Shown here piece after piece: positions 29,901-38,062 of a stretch of DNA of 64,000 nucleotides. Below the pieces are notes generated by a model. That model did not search any database and was not told the origin of the DNA. It worked only from the letters and a program-made list of their open reading frames with translations. Location: positions 75,108-139,107 of the forward strand of contig CAZHTP010000004.1 of NCBI GenBank assembly GCA_964535655.1, written 5' to 3'. A program made the translations under genes and the position numbers. The number at the start of each line of letters is the position of its first letter. Positions within the stretch are counted from its first letter, which is position 1. Origin of the DNA: an uncultured Gammaproteobacteria bacterium. Lineage in GTDB: Bacteria > Patescibacteriota > Microgenomatia > JALYQM01.

Positions 29901-30119
29901 ATGGAGCGAGGAATAGTGGAATTTGTAGAGCCGGATAAGGAAGGTAATTTTACGACTGTTGAAGTTAATGTTACAGATAGCGAACTGGATATTGTAAAAG
30001 GTCAAGTTAAAGAGATGTGGACTGAACTTCAATCTTTAAACTTTTCCTGTCGCGAGCCGATAGGCGAGTGTCGCTACTGCAAAAATATATTAAAAGTAGG
30101 TGACGGCGAAGGATTCTAA
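26904..30119 (+). CDS. UvrD/PcrA-type SF1 helicase fused to a C-terminal Cas4/AddB-like PD-(D/E)xK Fe-S nuclease (AddA/AdnB-like single-chain helicase-nuclease)
   Basis: Helicase motifs I AGAGTGKT, II DEYQDTN, III VVGDDDQSIFRFQGA, IV QNYRS, V TVHKSKGLEY, VI YVAVTRAKHEL. Nuclease: D…IDMIEF…YDFKTG with Fe-S cysteines (KCPRMF … C-x6-C-x2-C: CREPIGECRYC). Start set at ATG 26904. Confidence 0.8.
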   Translation: MSSFDTLYSKLNERQREAVDHIDGPMMVLAGAGTGKTQVLAMRIGNLMRMTGVGAGNILCLTFTDAGVTAMRERLIRILGSDGHAAKVATFHSFSSEVMSDYPEKFIKSAELLQITDLERVQMLTTILENLPYGDPLKHANNPVLYLNDISSRISELKREGVNPDRLDHFIYEQLLFVERTKELFESMTSTNAGQFSESFLDDIHNGLMEIGKTVDGSDYLYRSAGLLLIRARELASLNPTKTGKVSYSKLKEEMKRFYAQVSGKIEHQKSLNIVYRQYLKVMEENGRYDFEDMINNVLSLLVSEENMRRDFQERYQYVLVDEYQDTNTAQNRLVDVFGADVDSPNIFVVGDDDQSIFRFQGASLENVVGFTNQYRDSVKVVSLTQNYRSQPGILKGADLLIQNNQFRAAVAIANVTKELQAGLDLSEKPIRVVSFADSGSEYYWIARQIRELLDHGVEPAEIAVLGKTNNDLLELVPFVKKLEIPFTLSRSENAFENVIVNQFLRLILAIRNPYDNQNFFFLLESAAGGIPPIEFLRINKYVLSHPRAGIMYFDLLGEMKTLLEAGVIDTISCTALYQNIVRWRELIGLLAPIEVISDIVSTSGILEQCSVSGENELENLRALGTLVAEFGKAIQSNRTASFDQLVQLAVDMLGHNLPLTLSGRGSVSDRVCLTTVHKSKGLEYGHVFMMNSIERKWEKGGRGDRLPLPLNLFENDLGVAARQQEEEARRLFYVAVTRAKHELVISYSNTDRDGKKQLPTQFITELGEDGIAQEMVTLDAKQDKDCLITQITGLKRPESYDTETRGYMRERLQDYSLSASHLNAYRKCPRMFYYQYFIRAPIIPDTALVVGTAAHKAVEALFESNLHGEVITADEMVEIYKKTLERSFLTGSKFSDALKRGEIFLPKYYAYRVNNLPKKVKIETDFSYHTISLEGIRLTGKIDMIEFTDDVSRRCVVYDFKTGDSTKGSKRVAFDEDIWRQVVFYKLLTKLSRRFGFTMERGIVEFVEPDKEGNFTTVEVNVTDSELDIVKGQVKEMWTELQSLNFSCREPIGECRYCKNILKVGDGEGF

Positions 30120-30219
30120 TAAATATCTATAATTCGGCCACTAATATTTGGGAGAGCTACGTTGCTTTTTTCAGGATATGGTAGAGACACTTGTGCAAGT
30201 TGGTGCATACCTGAGAAAA

Positions 30220-31272
30220 TTATACCATAGCTGGTTCAGTAAACTCTTCTTCGTCGTCGTCATGGTGGCGAACGAAGTGGTTGAAATCTTTAGGACGAAT
30301 AGCAGCAATATCGAATTCGCTACCCTCAAAGTAGCTCTTGAGTACTGGTACGATTTCTTTGCGCACGAGTACATGATGTGTGTGTGCTGTATTATCTTCA
30401 AACTCAAGCTGGAAATTTTTAACAAGTAGTTTTTGTGTTTCAAGTTCTTCGGCAATAAAGATATTGCGACCTTGCATTACGTCGATAACTTTGACAAAGA
30501 TGTGGTGTACTTCGTACTTAGAGGCTAAGCGTCGAAGTGCTTTGATTATGTCGTCGAGGTTTTTATTAACAAACTTTTCAGCTTCAAGAATTTCAATTTG
30601 GCCAATGGCTATTCGTGTGCGATGAAATTTAAAGACTGCGAGCTTGTCTTCTACGATTTGATATGCAGTTTTATCCTTAAAAGTTGATTTTGCTTTAAAC
30701 ATTTTCTCAGTAAAGTCGGCCGGAACATTGAATTTGGTGGTAAGCCAGGTGGCTGTACGCTTGTCACGGTTGGCAGTTAGTTTGTTCTTAAAGTTAATTG
30801 TGTTAGAAATTATCCCCCCATAGAGGAGTATTGCACAGTCTGTAGGTAAATCTGTGTTAGTCTCAATAAATTTTTCTGTAACTAAGGTAGATGTTGCACC
30901 GATGGTTTCAATTTCAATCACTGCTTTTTTGAAGCTTTCAACGTCATTATGAGCTCGATGATCGATGATTTGGACAACTTTGGAAGGTTTGATCGTCTCA
31001 TCAATACCGGAGGTATCGCTTGCATCAACTAAAATAATGGCATCAGCCTTATCAATGAGCTTTTTAGCGTTCCCTAAGGACTTAATTTTATATTTTTTGA
31101 GCAGAAATTCTGTTTCAGCATCAGGGTTGCCAGTTATAGCAGCTTGCGCTTTTACCCCATTTGAGTTTAAATATTGAGCGTACGCGTATGCCGAAGCATA
31201 GCCGTCGAGGTCGGGGTTTTTATAGGCTGTGACGAGCACTAGGTTCATTTGCTTTAGTTTATTTAATTCCAT
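30220..31272 (-). CDS. DHH/DHHA2 phosphoesterase, family II inorganic pyrophosphatase-like
   Basis: KNPDLDGYASAYAYA, ILVDASDT and IIDHRAHND (DHR in place of DHH) align with the B. subtilis PpaC motifs QNPDTDTICSAIAYA / ILVDHN / VIDHHR. DHHA2-like C-half, then an acidic tail (HHDDDEEEF). Confidence 0.5.
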   Translation of the reverse strand: MELNKLKQMNLVLVTAYKNPDLDGYASAYAYAQYLNSNGVKAQAAITGNPDAETEFLLKKYKIKSLGNAKKLIDKADAIILVDASDTSGIDETIKPSKVVQIIDHRAHNDVESFKKAVIEIETIGATSTLVTEKFIETNTDLPTDCAILLYGGIISNTINFKNKLTANRDKRTATWLTTKFNVPADFTEKMFKAKSTFKDKTAYQIVEDKLAVFKFHRTRIAIGQIEILEAEKFVNKNLDDIIKALRRLASKYEVHHIFVKVIDVMQGRNIFIAEELETQKLLVKNFQLEFEDNTAHTHHVLVRKEIVPVLKSYFEGSEFDIAAIRPKDFNHFVRHHDDDEEEFTEPAMV

Positions 31273-31336
31273 GCCGGGATTATACCACTTATAGGGTAGT
31301 AGGACAAGATTAGGTTATATCCTAGGACTTTTTGCG

Positions 31337-32932
31337 CTACGCTAGTCTTGGAAATAACGGTTGAACTTCATTTACCGCTACTTCTTCTTCCCATTCGTGT
31401 ATCGCATGAAACATATTGGGATCTTCAACCAAAAGCTTCTCTATGTTGTATGTTTGTGCGATTTTAAGCGCTGTTTCTGGAAGGAATGGATAGATTTCCC
31501 AGGCAATTGTATGGATCGCTTGTGAGAGCCAGTATAGGACTTGATTAACTCTTTCTGTATCTCCAGCTTTGTATAGTTTCCAGGGTTGACTAATGTTTAT
31601 TAGTTGGTCGCATTCACGGATCTTATCCCAGATATGCTCAAGAGCTTTACTAAGCTCACGCTTTTTCATTAATTTTGCGTAGTCTGATGTTGACGGGTCA
31701 TTTTGAATACACGTTAAGGCTAGTTGACGAATTGCCTCATCAATTGGGTCAGTTGCTTTATCCTTCAAATTTCCAGCCAGGAGGCGTGGAACTTTACCTG
31801 CATTATATTTATGAATCATGGACACTGTTCGGGAAACTAAGTTGCCCAGCCCGTTGGCGAGGTCGGCATTGTACAGCTCTTCCATTCGACGATCGGAATA
31901 GTCCCCATCAGCGTATGTTGGTACTTCGCGAAGTAGATAGTAGCGAGTTGGATCGATACCATATTTCTCTGTTACTTGGTGCGGCGGAATGCCATTGCCC
32001 AAAGATTTACTTATTTTTTCTCCGTTAACAGTCACATAATCGTGGATCATCACCGCTTTAGGTGTAGGTATACCTGCTGAGAGTAGCATAGCAGGCCAAT
32101 AAATAGTGTGGAATCGATTTATTCCTTTTCCCACTAACTGAATGTCTGCAGGCCAATATTTTTTAAATAGCTCGTTATTTTCTTCTGCGTAGCCAAGGGC
32201 TGTGATGTAGTTGGATAATGCGTCTACCCATACATACATGGTTTGGCTTGGATCACTCGGAACTGGCACGCCCCACCCTTTGACGCGAGTGGTTGGACGG
32301 GAGATAGAAAAATCTTCTAAGCCTTTTTTAACCCAACCTAACGTTTCGTTACGTCTTTTGTCAGGGGTAATTTTAATTTCTCCTGTGGAGATCTTTTTGT
32401 CTAGAATATCTTGATAATTTGAGAGCTTAAAAAAGTAATTTTCTTCTTCAATCATTTCAAGTTCAATTTTATGGTCTGGGCAATACTTACCATCTACTAG
32501 TTCCTCTGAAGTGTAAAACTGTTCACAGCCAACGCAATATAAGCCTTGATATTTTTTAGAGTAAATATCTTCTTTTTTGAAAGACGACCAGAGTTTTTGT
32601 GCACCTTTAAAGTGCTTTTCTTGAGAGGTTTGAAAGAACTGATCGTTCGTTATGTTTAATATCCCTTTGAGTGCTGCGAACTCTTTGGCATGGCGATCGA
32701 CAAATTCTTTTGTTGGAACTCTTTCTTTTTCAGCGACTTGGGCATTCTTTTGCGCATTATCATCAGAGCCGGCTAAAAAATAGGTGTCGTAGCCGAGGAG
32801 GCGATGGTATCTTGCTAATGTATCAGCCTGAACAAGTTCCAACGCAAATCCGATATGTGGTGCGGCGTTAACGTAGGGAATTGAGGTTGTAATATAAAAT
32901 TTGCGATTTGGATTTTGTTCCTCTGTATTCAT
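31337..32932 (-). CDS. metG: Methionyl-tRNA synthetase
   Basis: Class I HIGH motif (PHIGFALE) and KMSKS (KISKSLGN). Zinc-knuckle cysteines CVGCEQ…CPDH. 531 aa. Confidence 0.9.
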   Translation of the reverse strand: MNTEEQNPNRKFYITTSIPYVNAAPHIGFALELVQADTLARYHRLLGYDTYFLAGSDDNAQKNAQVAEKERVPTKEFVDRHAKEFAALKGILNITNDQFFQTSQEKHFKGAQKLWSSFKKEDIYSKKYQGLYCVGCEQFYTSEELVDGKYCPDHKIELEMIEEENYFFKLSNYQDILDKKISTGEIKITPDKRRNETLGWVKKGLEDFSISRPTTRVKGWGVPVPSDPSQTMYVWVDALSNYITALGYAEENNELFKKYWPADIQLVGKGINRFHTIYWPAMLLSAGIPTPKAVMIHDYVTVNGEKISKSLGNGIPPHQVTEKYGIDPTRYYLLREVPTYADGDYSDRRMEELYNADLANGLGNLVSRTVSMIHKYNAGKVPRLLAGNLKDKATDPIDEAIRQLALTCIQNDPSTSDYAKLMKKRELSKALEHIWDKIRECDQLINISQPWKLYKAGDTERVNQVLYWLSQAIHTIAWEIYPFLPETALKIAQTYNIEKLLVEDPNMFHAIHEWEEEVAVNEVQPLFPRLA

Positions 32933-33687
32933 TCTGCTCTCCTTTGAATAGTAATGGTATCTTCCACTTTTACCTGTAATTTTTGGGCGGCATTTTGTTG
33001 ATTTATAGCAATTTCTAGGGTCTGGTGGCTTCCTTTATATGCTAATGGTTGACCGATTCCGACTTCGGCAAAGGTCTTTACAAAGGGTATTATATACGAT
33101 TTTTCGTTTATTTTAAGTTCCAGTTTATCTCCGTAGGAATATTGTGCAGGGTTGTTTAACTTGATATTGCCATATGGGTCAATATGGAGGATTTGATTAG
33201 GGTGGTATTTGAGTTTAATTAGTCGATTTACTGATAGTTTAGAAGTATATTCGATTAGAGGCTTTTTGATGCTTACATACGCTGCCACTTTGGCAAAAAT
33301 ATCCCGGCCGTGAAAAGTGTTTGATAGTGAGCCAATTTTTTCTTCATCAATTTTATATATTTTTTCTATTCCATCGAATTGAGCAGCAGGGTAGAAAAGA
33401 CCGTTATTTGGTCCGATGAACCAATAATTCTTGGTTTTCACTATTAAGCCAATTCTATCTGAGCCAACTCCCGGATCTACTACTCCAATGTGTATGCTTC
33501 CCTTAGGGGTAAATGGCGCAAACTTTTGAATAATAAATGCCCCCTCGGTGATCGAGTAGGGGGTTACCTCTTTGCTGGCGAGGATGAATTTAGCATTAGG
33601 ATTAATGTCGTATATAACTGACTCGATTTGGCCGGTTGCAAAGCGGTCTCCGAAGTCGCATGTAAGTGTAATGAGGGGGGATTTCAT
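32929..33687 (-). CDS. SAM hydroxide adenosyltransferase family protein (DUF62; fluorinase/chlorinase-like SAM hydrolase)
   Basis: Family N-terminus LITLTCDFGDRFATGQIESVIY (TDFG…D…G…K/Q..I). 252 aa. Overlaps the metG start by 4 nt. Confidence 0.6.
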   Translation of the reverse strand: MKSPLITLTCDFGDRFATGQIESVIYDINPNAKFILASKEVTPYSITEGAFIIQKFAPFTPKGSIHIGVVDPGVGSDRIGLIVKTKNYWFIGPNNGLFYPAAQFDGIEKIYKIDEEKIGSLSNTFHGRDIFAKVAAYVSIKKPLIEYTSKLSVNRLIKLKYHPNQILHIDPYGNIKLNNPAQYSYGDKLELKINEKSYIIPFVKTFAEVGIGQPLAYKGSHQTLEIAINQQNAAQKLQVKVEDTITIQRRAE

Positions 33688-33878
33688 ATTATAATAATAT
33701 CTTGCGGCAAATGTTTCTTGCTGCGGAAGCTAAGACTGTCTATCTTAACCAGATTGCGCTCACTAACGCTATCTACATCAATCGTATGTTTCGGTAGCGC
33801 TATTGTTTACCTGCGCTACCTTCAGCTGAATGTCCTCACTGCGAAATATTTACCGCTTCGTTATTATTTCTCCTTTCT

Positions 33879-33906
33879 ACGAAAAAACCCTCCTGGTGGA
33901 GGGTTT
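33879..33906 (-). terminator. Rho-independent terminator (minus strand) downstream of the 34057-34386 gene
   Basis: Minus-strand RNA reads AAACCCUCC-ACCA-GGAGGGUUU (9-bp GC-rich stem) followed by UUUUUUCGU. Confidence 0.55.
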
Positions 33907-34056
33907 GTGCTTATTGTTTATAATTTTTTATTTATGACTACGCATGCACTTTCTCACCAGATTGGAAGATGAGGTGTCGCATGTACATGATGGTTGATAG
34001 TACTATTGTAATCATTGCTTTGAGTATACTGCGTTAATCCTTTTTGTGCAAGGTTT

Positions 34057-34386
34057 TTAAATTTCTTCGACCGTGAGTTCGTTTTTTTTGTTGTTAATAA
34101 ATAGTAATGGTATACAAACGGCGTATGTTACTATAGGTATAATACGGAGATGTTTCACAAATAATAAACTAACTATAAGTAGGGAAAATTCTAAAGCTTT
34201 TTTGGGAGTGGTGAAAAGTTGAATTGTTGTGAACATTGCTACAAATAGAAAAAAAGTTAGTAAGGCGATTGGTACAGTATTTGCTTCCGTAAAAGTAAAT
34301 GGTGCTTTGTAGTAGTATACGAATATACAAAAGGCTAGAACACTTATTACAGTTGCACTAATTTTTAACACTTTATTTTTTTTCAT
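34057..34386 (-). CDS. Small membrane protein (3 TM)
   Basis: 109 aa, strongly hydrophobic. Confidence 0.35.
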   Translation of the reverse strand: MKKNKVLKISATVISVLAFCIFVYYYKAPFTFTEANTVPIALLTFFLFVAMFTTIQLFTTPKKALEFSLLIVSLLFVKHLRIIPIVTYAVCIPLLFINNKKNELTVEEI

Positions 34387-34392
34387 ATAATT

Positions 34393-35415
34393 ATGAATAG
34401 TATACTTATTTTGTTGATATTTGTCTTTTTAGCTGTGATTTGTGTTTTTTTATTTTTGTTGTACCAGAAAATCATTAGGACCGACCATGATTCGCAACTT
34501 GATGTGATGGGACGTTGGATGGAGCAAATGCAGCAGCGGCTTGATCGCAATGCTGATGTACTTGAACGAAGTATGCGAGCAACTAATGATACTATTGGAT
34601 CTCGCCTTGATAAAACGAGTGAAATGTTGTCTGTAGTTGGACAGCGAGTAGGTGAGATGAGTGAAATTGGAAGAAGTATGCGTGATCTCGGAGATTTACT
34701 TAAATCCCCTAAGCTGCGCGGGAATATTGGAGAATATGTACTTCGAGATTTGCTCGCGCAATATTTACCAAAAACTAGTTTTGACTTACAATATTCATTT
34801 AAAAGTGGCCATATTGCTGATGCAATTGTTCGTACTGATCAGGGTATTTTGTGCATCGATTCAAAATTTCCACTTGAGAACTTTAGAAAAATGTATGAGG
34901 TGGATTCTGAACAAGAGAAGGATCGAGCACGTAAGGATTTTATCCGCGATGTTAAACGGCATATTGAGGCGATAGCTACAAAATATATTGTTCCGGAAGA
35001 GCAATCGCTTGATTATGCCATTATGTACGTGCCTTCGGAATCTATATATTATGAAGTTATTTCTCAACAACATGAACTTCTTGAGTATGCTCAAAGCCGA
35101 CAAGTCATTGTGGTGAGTCCATCAGTATTTTATGCTTATCTACAGGTAATTCTACTTTCTTTGGAGGGGCGTAAAGTAGAAGAACAGGCAACGGAACTGC
35201 TTCGGAATTTTAAAGGTTTACAGCTTGAATTTAAACGCTTCTCTGAAGTATTTGGATTGGGGATGAAACATTTAGGGAATGCCCGAAATGCGTTTGATGA
35301 CGCTTCGATTAAATACGGAGTAGTGGAAGGAAAATTGCAATCAATGTTTAAAGCTGAAGAGCGAATGACTAATAGCTTGCCTGAGAAGGATCCATTGTAT
35401 CTTCCTGAAAACTAG
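34393..35415 (+). CDS. rmuC: DNA recombination protein RmuC
   Basis: N-terminal TM, coiled-coil, and C-terminal RmuC nuclease-like core (…ADAIVRTDQGILCIDSKFPLENF…IMYVPSESIYYEV…). Confidence 0.65.
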   Translation: MNSILILLIFVFLAVICVFLFLLYQKIIRTDHDSQLDVMGRWMEQMQQRLDRNADVLERSMRATNDTIGSRLDKTSEMLSVVGQRVGEMSEIGRSMRDLGDLLKSPKLRGNIGEYVLRDLLAQYLPKTSFDLQYSFKSGHIADAIVRTDQGILCIDSKFPLENFRKMYEVDSEQEKDRARKDFIRDVKRHIEAIATKYIVPEEQSLDYAIMYVPSESIYYEVISQQHELLEYAQSRQVIVVSPSVFYAYLQVILLSLEGRKVEEQATELLRNFKGLQLEFKRFSEVFGLGMKHLGNARNAFDDASIKYGVVEGKLQSMFKAEERMTNSLPEKDPLYLPEN

Positions 35416-35641
35416 GAGCTGTTGAGCTAGAACTTGATTCTTCGTTATTTAATGTAGCAGGGGCAGTTTCAACTCTATATGTTCTTTCACTTTCAACAGG
35501 AGCATATTGATGCTGCATTATTGGCTTATAATCGAAATACACAAACACTCCAATTAATAATGCTGCTCCAAATAATCCAAGCGCAAGTAGATTTTTATCT
35601 GATCGGATAAGAGGAGAAGGTGCTTTCTTTGTTTTTGCCAT
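35369..35641 (-). CDS. Small membrane-anchored protein with Ser-rich exported tail
   Basis: Start at MAKTKK…; single TM (LLALGLFGAALLIGVFVYF). Overlaps the rmuC 3' end convergently. Confidence 0.3.
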   Translation of the reverse strand: MAKTKKAPSPLIRSDKNLLALGLFGAALLIGVFVYFDYKPIMQHQYAPVESERTYRVETAPATLNNEESSSSSTAPSFQEDTMDPSQASY

Positions 35642-35694
35642 GTATCTATTATTTGGTAAATAAAAATGTTTTGTCAATATAGAGATTGATTTTT

Positions 35695-36747
35695 CTATCT
35701 AAATTTAGTTTTAAACCGTAACCATTGTGATCGATATTTATCTAATTTATTGTAAATTTGGTACATAGGTGGGTTGGTAATTAAATCATAGGATCCAAGA
35801 TATTCAATATGTGTTGGACCGTATCCTTCCTTGAACCGGTGAAAACCGTACCATGGGTCGGTAGGATCTGGGTTCAACGACATCGCTCCCCATAAATCGA
35901 GGGTTGTTAAGCCCATCCGTTTCCCTAGTTGAATAGCACTCCAGGCAACTAAGTTGGAAGACATAACATTTCTGAATTTAGTTGTTGATCCACCGTACTG
36001 ATAATACATAGTATTGTGAAAGTTGGTTACTAACCAAATCGAAGTAGGAACGTTGTCGTAGTAAGCAATTAATAATCTTGCCATGTCGTTGGCGCGTAAA
36101 GTTTCCCAAATATGACGATGATAGCTTTCGTCATGACCGTAGTACCCCTGTCTTTTTGTTGTTTCGAAATATAGTTTAAGAAAAATTTTAAAACCTTCTT
36201 CGTCGGTTCTTTCTTGGATCTGAACTCCTTTTCTTTGTGCTAAACCGATATTATACCGAGTTTTTTCATGCATATTTGCGAGAAGTTCCTCATCGGATTT
36301 AGTTATATCCAGGAGGAAATTATATTTGGTAAATAATTCTTTACCTTGAATGATATTTAAGTCTTTAGTAGCGAGCAGTTGTTCGCGGGTCGATTTTAGA
36401 TAACTTTGAACATTTGGATCTTTCGTTGGTCCGAACACATTTGGTTCCAATTTAATATATACGCAATTATTTTTTTGTCCAAAGGCTTGCAACGAATGAA
36501 GCATTTCTAGCGTTGGTAGGGTACATTTAGGAAGGTAGCCAATATTCCACATGCTTAGTGGTGCCGGGAGTGGATGCAAAGATAGTTGAAAGCCATCTGT
36601 CATATTGGTGTTGTCAAAAAAACCGTATTTAAAAACCTTTTTTCCGGTTGCCTCCTTTGCATCGCCCCATTCCCATGACTGGACGATATGCTTCACTATG
36701 GAGTTGTATCTTTCTTTTTCGTTGATAAAAAGTTCGCGAATAAGCAT
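35695..36747 (-). CDS. FemAB-family aminoacyl-tRNA-dependent peptidoglycan peptidyltransferase (FemX-like)
   Basis: 350 aa. N-terminal …HIVQSWEWGDAKEATG… parallels FemX …YGQVTQDLGWAKVK…. C-terminal YQYGGSTTKFRN…VAWSAIQLG…TLDLWGA parallels the FemX YMYAGS…/…LYDLGGI region. Confidence 0.55.
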   Translation of the reverse strand: MLIRELFINEKERYNSIVKHIVQSWEWGDAKEATGKKVFKYGFFDNTNMTDGFQLSLHPLPAPLSMWNIGYLPKCTLPTLEMLHSLQAFGQKNNCVYIKLEPNVFGPTKDPNVQSYLKSTREQLLATKDLNIIQGKELFTKYNFLLDITKSDEELLANMHEKTRYNIGLAQRKGVQIQERTDEEGFKIFLKLYFETTKRQGYYGHDESYHRHIWETLRANDMARLLIAYYDNVPTSIWLVTNFHNTMYYQYGGSTTKFRNVMSSNLVAWSAIQLGKRMGLTTLDLWGAMSLNPDPTDPWYGFHRFKEGYGPTHIEYLGSYDLITNPPMYQIYNKLDKYRSQWLRFKTKFR

Positions 36748-36785
36748 AGGGAAATGGTACTAGAAATAGTAGTTGGGGTAAAGGA

Positions 36786-37196
36786 TTAGTGCCAAAGCGC
36801 GAGTATCACTCCCATTGTTATAAAGCTGAAGAAAAAATAGCAATAATTGATTGCCCATAATTTCCATGATTTATTTGAAAAAGCGTTAGTTGTAATTGTT
36901 GATGTGGCTAGAAAGCCTAACCATGCCCATAATCCTATTTGTAATCCTTCGACCACTGTTCTTGCTTGTGCAAATCCGATAAATTTCGCTAAAATGTATG
37001 CGGTTACTATACTTGCAAACGATGCAATAGCGTAGCCAATTGATGTACTATTACTTTTTATATCATCAGGATTTTTCCCTAAAAGTAACATCCAATGTTT
37101 GCCGAAAAGTGCGGGAGAATACCAGACAGCTCCAATTATCATTTGAATTATTGCTGCCACGAGTACTGCTACTAAATTTATGCTTGATTGATCCAT
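36786..37196 (-). CDS. DUF1761-like membrane protein
   Basis: AVWYSPALFGKHWM signature near the N-terminus. 4 TM, 136 aa. Confidence 0.5.
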   Translation of the reverse strand: MDQSSINLVAVLVAAIIQMIIGAVWYSPALFGKHWMLLLGKNPDDIKSNSTSIGYAIASFASIVTAYILAKFIGFAQARTVVEGLQIGLWAWLGFLATSTITTNAFSNKSWKLWAINYCYFFFSFITMGVILALWH

Positions 37197-37208
37197 AGAA
37201 AGCTCCTT

Positions 37209-37982
37209 TTATGCAAATTTAAAATTCTCTATTTCAAAGCGTTTTTTTATACGATATTTAAACTCCCGTTCCATATCCCATTTTTTTGCTTGGTTTGTTT
37301 TGATTAGTGTTTTTATGGTTACTTTTGCCCCTGCTAAATCAATTATTCCATCGACTTTAGGGACCCCTATTATCCAGGTACCTAGATTTGGGTCAGTTTT
37401 TATTTTTTGAGCTTCTTCATTAAAAATTTTGAGGACTCGATCAATGGGATGTTCGGTAGAAACTCCAATATCTACATTCGCCTGAGACCATTCTTTTGTT
37501 AGGTTAGCTATTGTACCAACTGTACCGTTAGGGATCGTATGTACAACTCCATTCAAATCACGAACTGTTATTGCTCTAATTCCAACTTTTTCTACTTTTC
37601 CTTCAACTTCTCCGACTTTAATAATATCTCCCTCGTAGAAGATATCGCCGGTTAATAAAAAAAGACCTGTTACTAGATCTTTAACAATAGCCTGACTTCC
37701 AAACCCGATCGTAAATCCAACAATACCTGCCGATGCGAGTAGTGGCAAAATGTTTATATTTAGAGTTGACAAGATAGTTAATATGGCGATGAGAATAATT
37801 ACTACTGACACCGTGTTTTGCAGCAAATGGAGCACTGTTCTTGTTTTTGGTGTAGATGTTTTACTGAAAATTTTGTCGAATACTCTTTGCAATGCTATAT
37901 TTAAGATGTACGAAAGAGCTACAATTATTATTATTCGCAGCCATAAAGAGATATCTATAGCCTCAATAAGGGATATGTTCAT
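37209..37982 (-). CDS. Small-conductance mechanosensitive channel (MscS family)
   Basis: Three TM helices then the conserved beta-domain IIKVGEVEGKVEKVGIRAITVRDLNGVVHTIPNGTV. Confidence 0.75.
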   Translation of the reverse strand: MNISLIEAIDISLWLRIIIIVALSYILNIALQRVFDKIFSKTSTPKTRTVLHLLQNTVSVVIILIAILTILSTLNINILPLLASAGIVGFTIGFGSQAIVKDLVTGLFLLTGDIFYEGDIIKVGEVEGKVEKVGIRAITVRDLNGVVHTIPNGTVGTIANLTKEWSQANVDIGVSTEHPIDRVLKIFNEEAQKIKTDPNLGTWIIGVPKVDGIIDLAGAKVTIKTLIKTNQAKKWDMEREFKYRIKKRFEIENFKFA

Positions 37983-38062
37983 AGGATAATTGTATCATAT
38001 TGTATTTATTGCATCTGTGGAGTTAATTTGCAATTCCCGCATAATTATGGCAGGATATTTTT

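Noticed and set aside
30148-30455. ORFs 30148-30429 (+) and 30171-30455 (-) near the 3' end of the DHH gene
   Set aside because: They overlap the C-terminal coding region of the better-supported DHH/DHHA2 gene, carry no motifs, and have no independent signals.
33700-33830. Possible SRP RNA or tRNA in the 33.7-34.0 kb gap
   Set aside because: gctgcggaagc loosely recalls the SRP domain IV GGAAG…GCAGC motif. No complementary strand, GNRA tetraloop or tRNA T-loop (GTTCGANTC) context could be found by eye.
33628-33972. 114-aa plus-strand ORF spanning the large intergenic region
   Set aside because: It overlaps the DUF62 gene start and runs through the terminator hairpin. Cys/Leu/Arg-rich composition with no start context. 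The region is better explained as non-coding.
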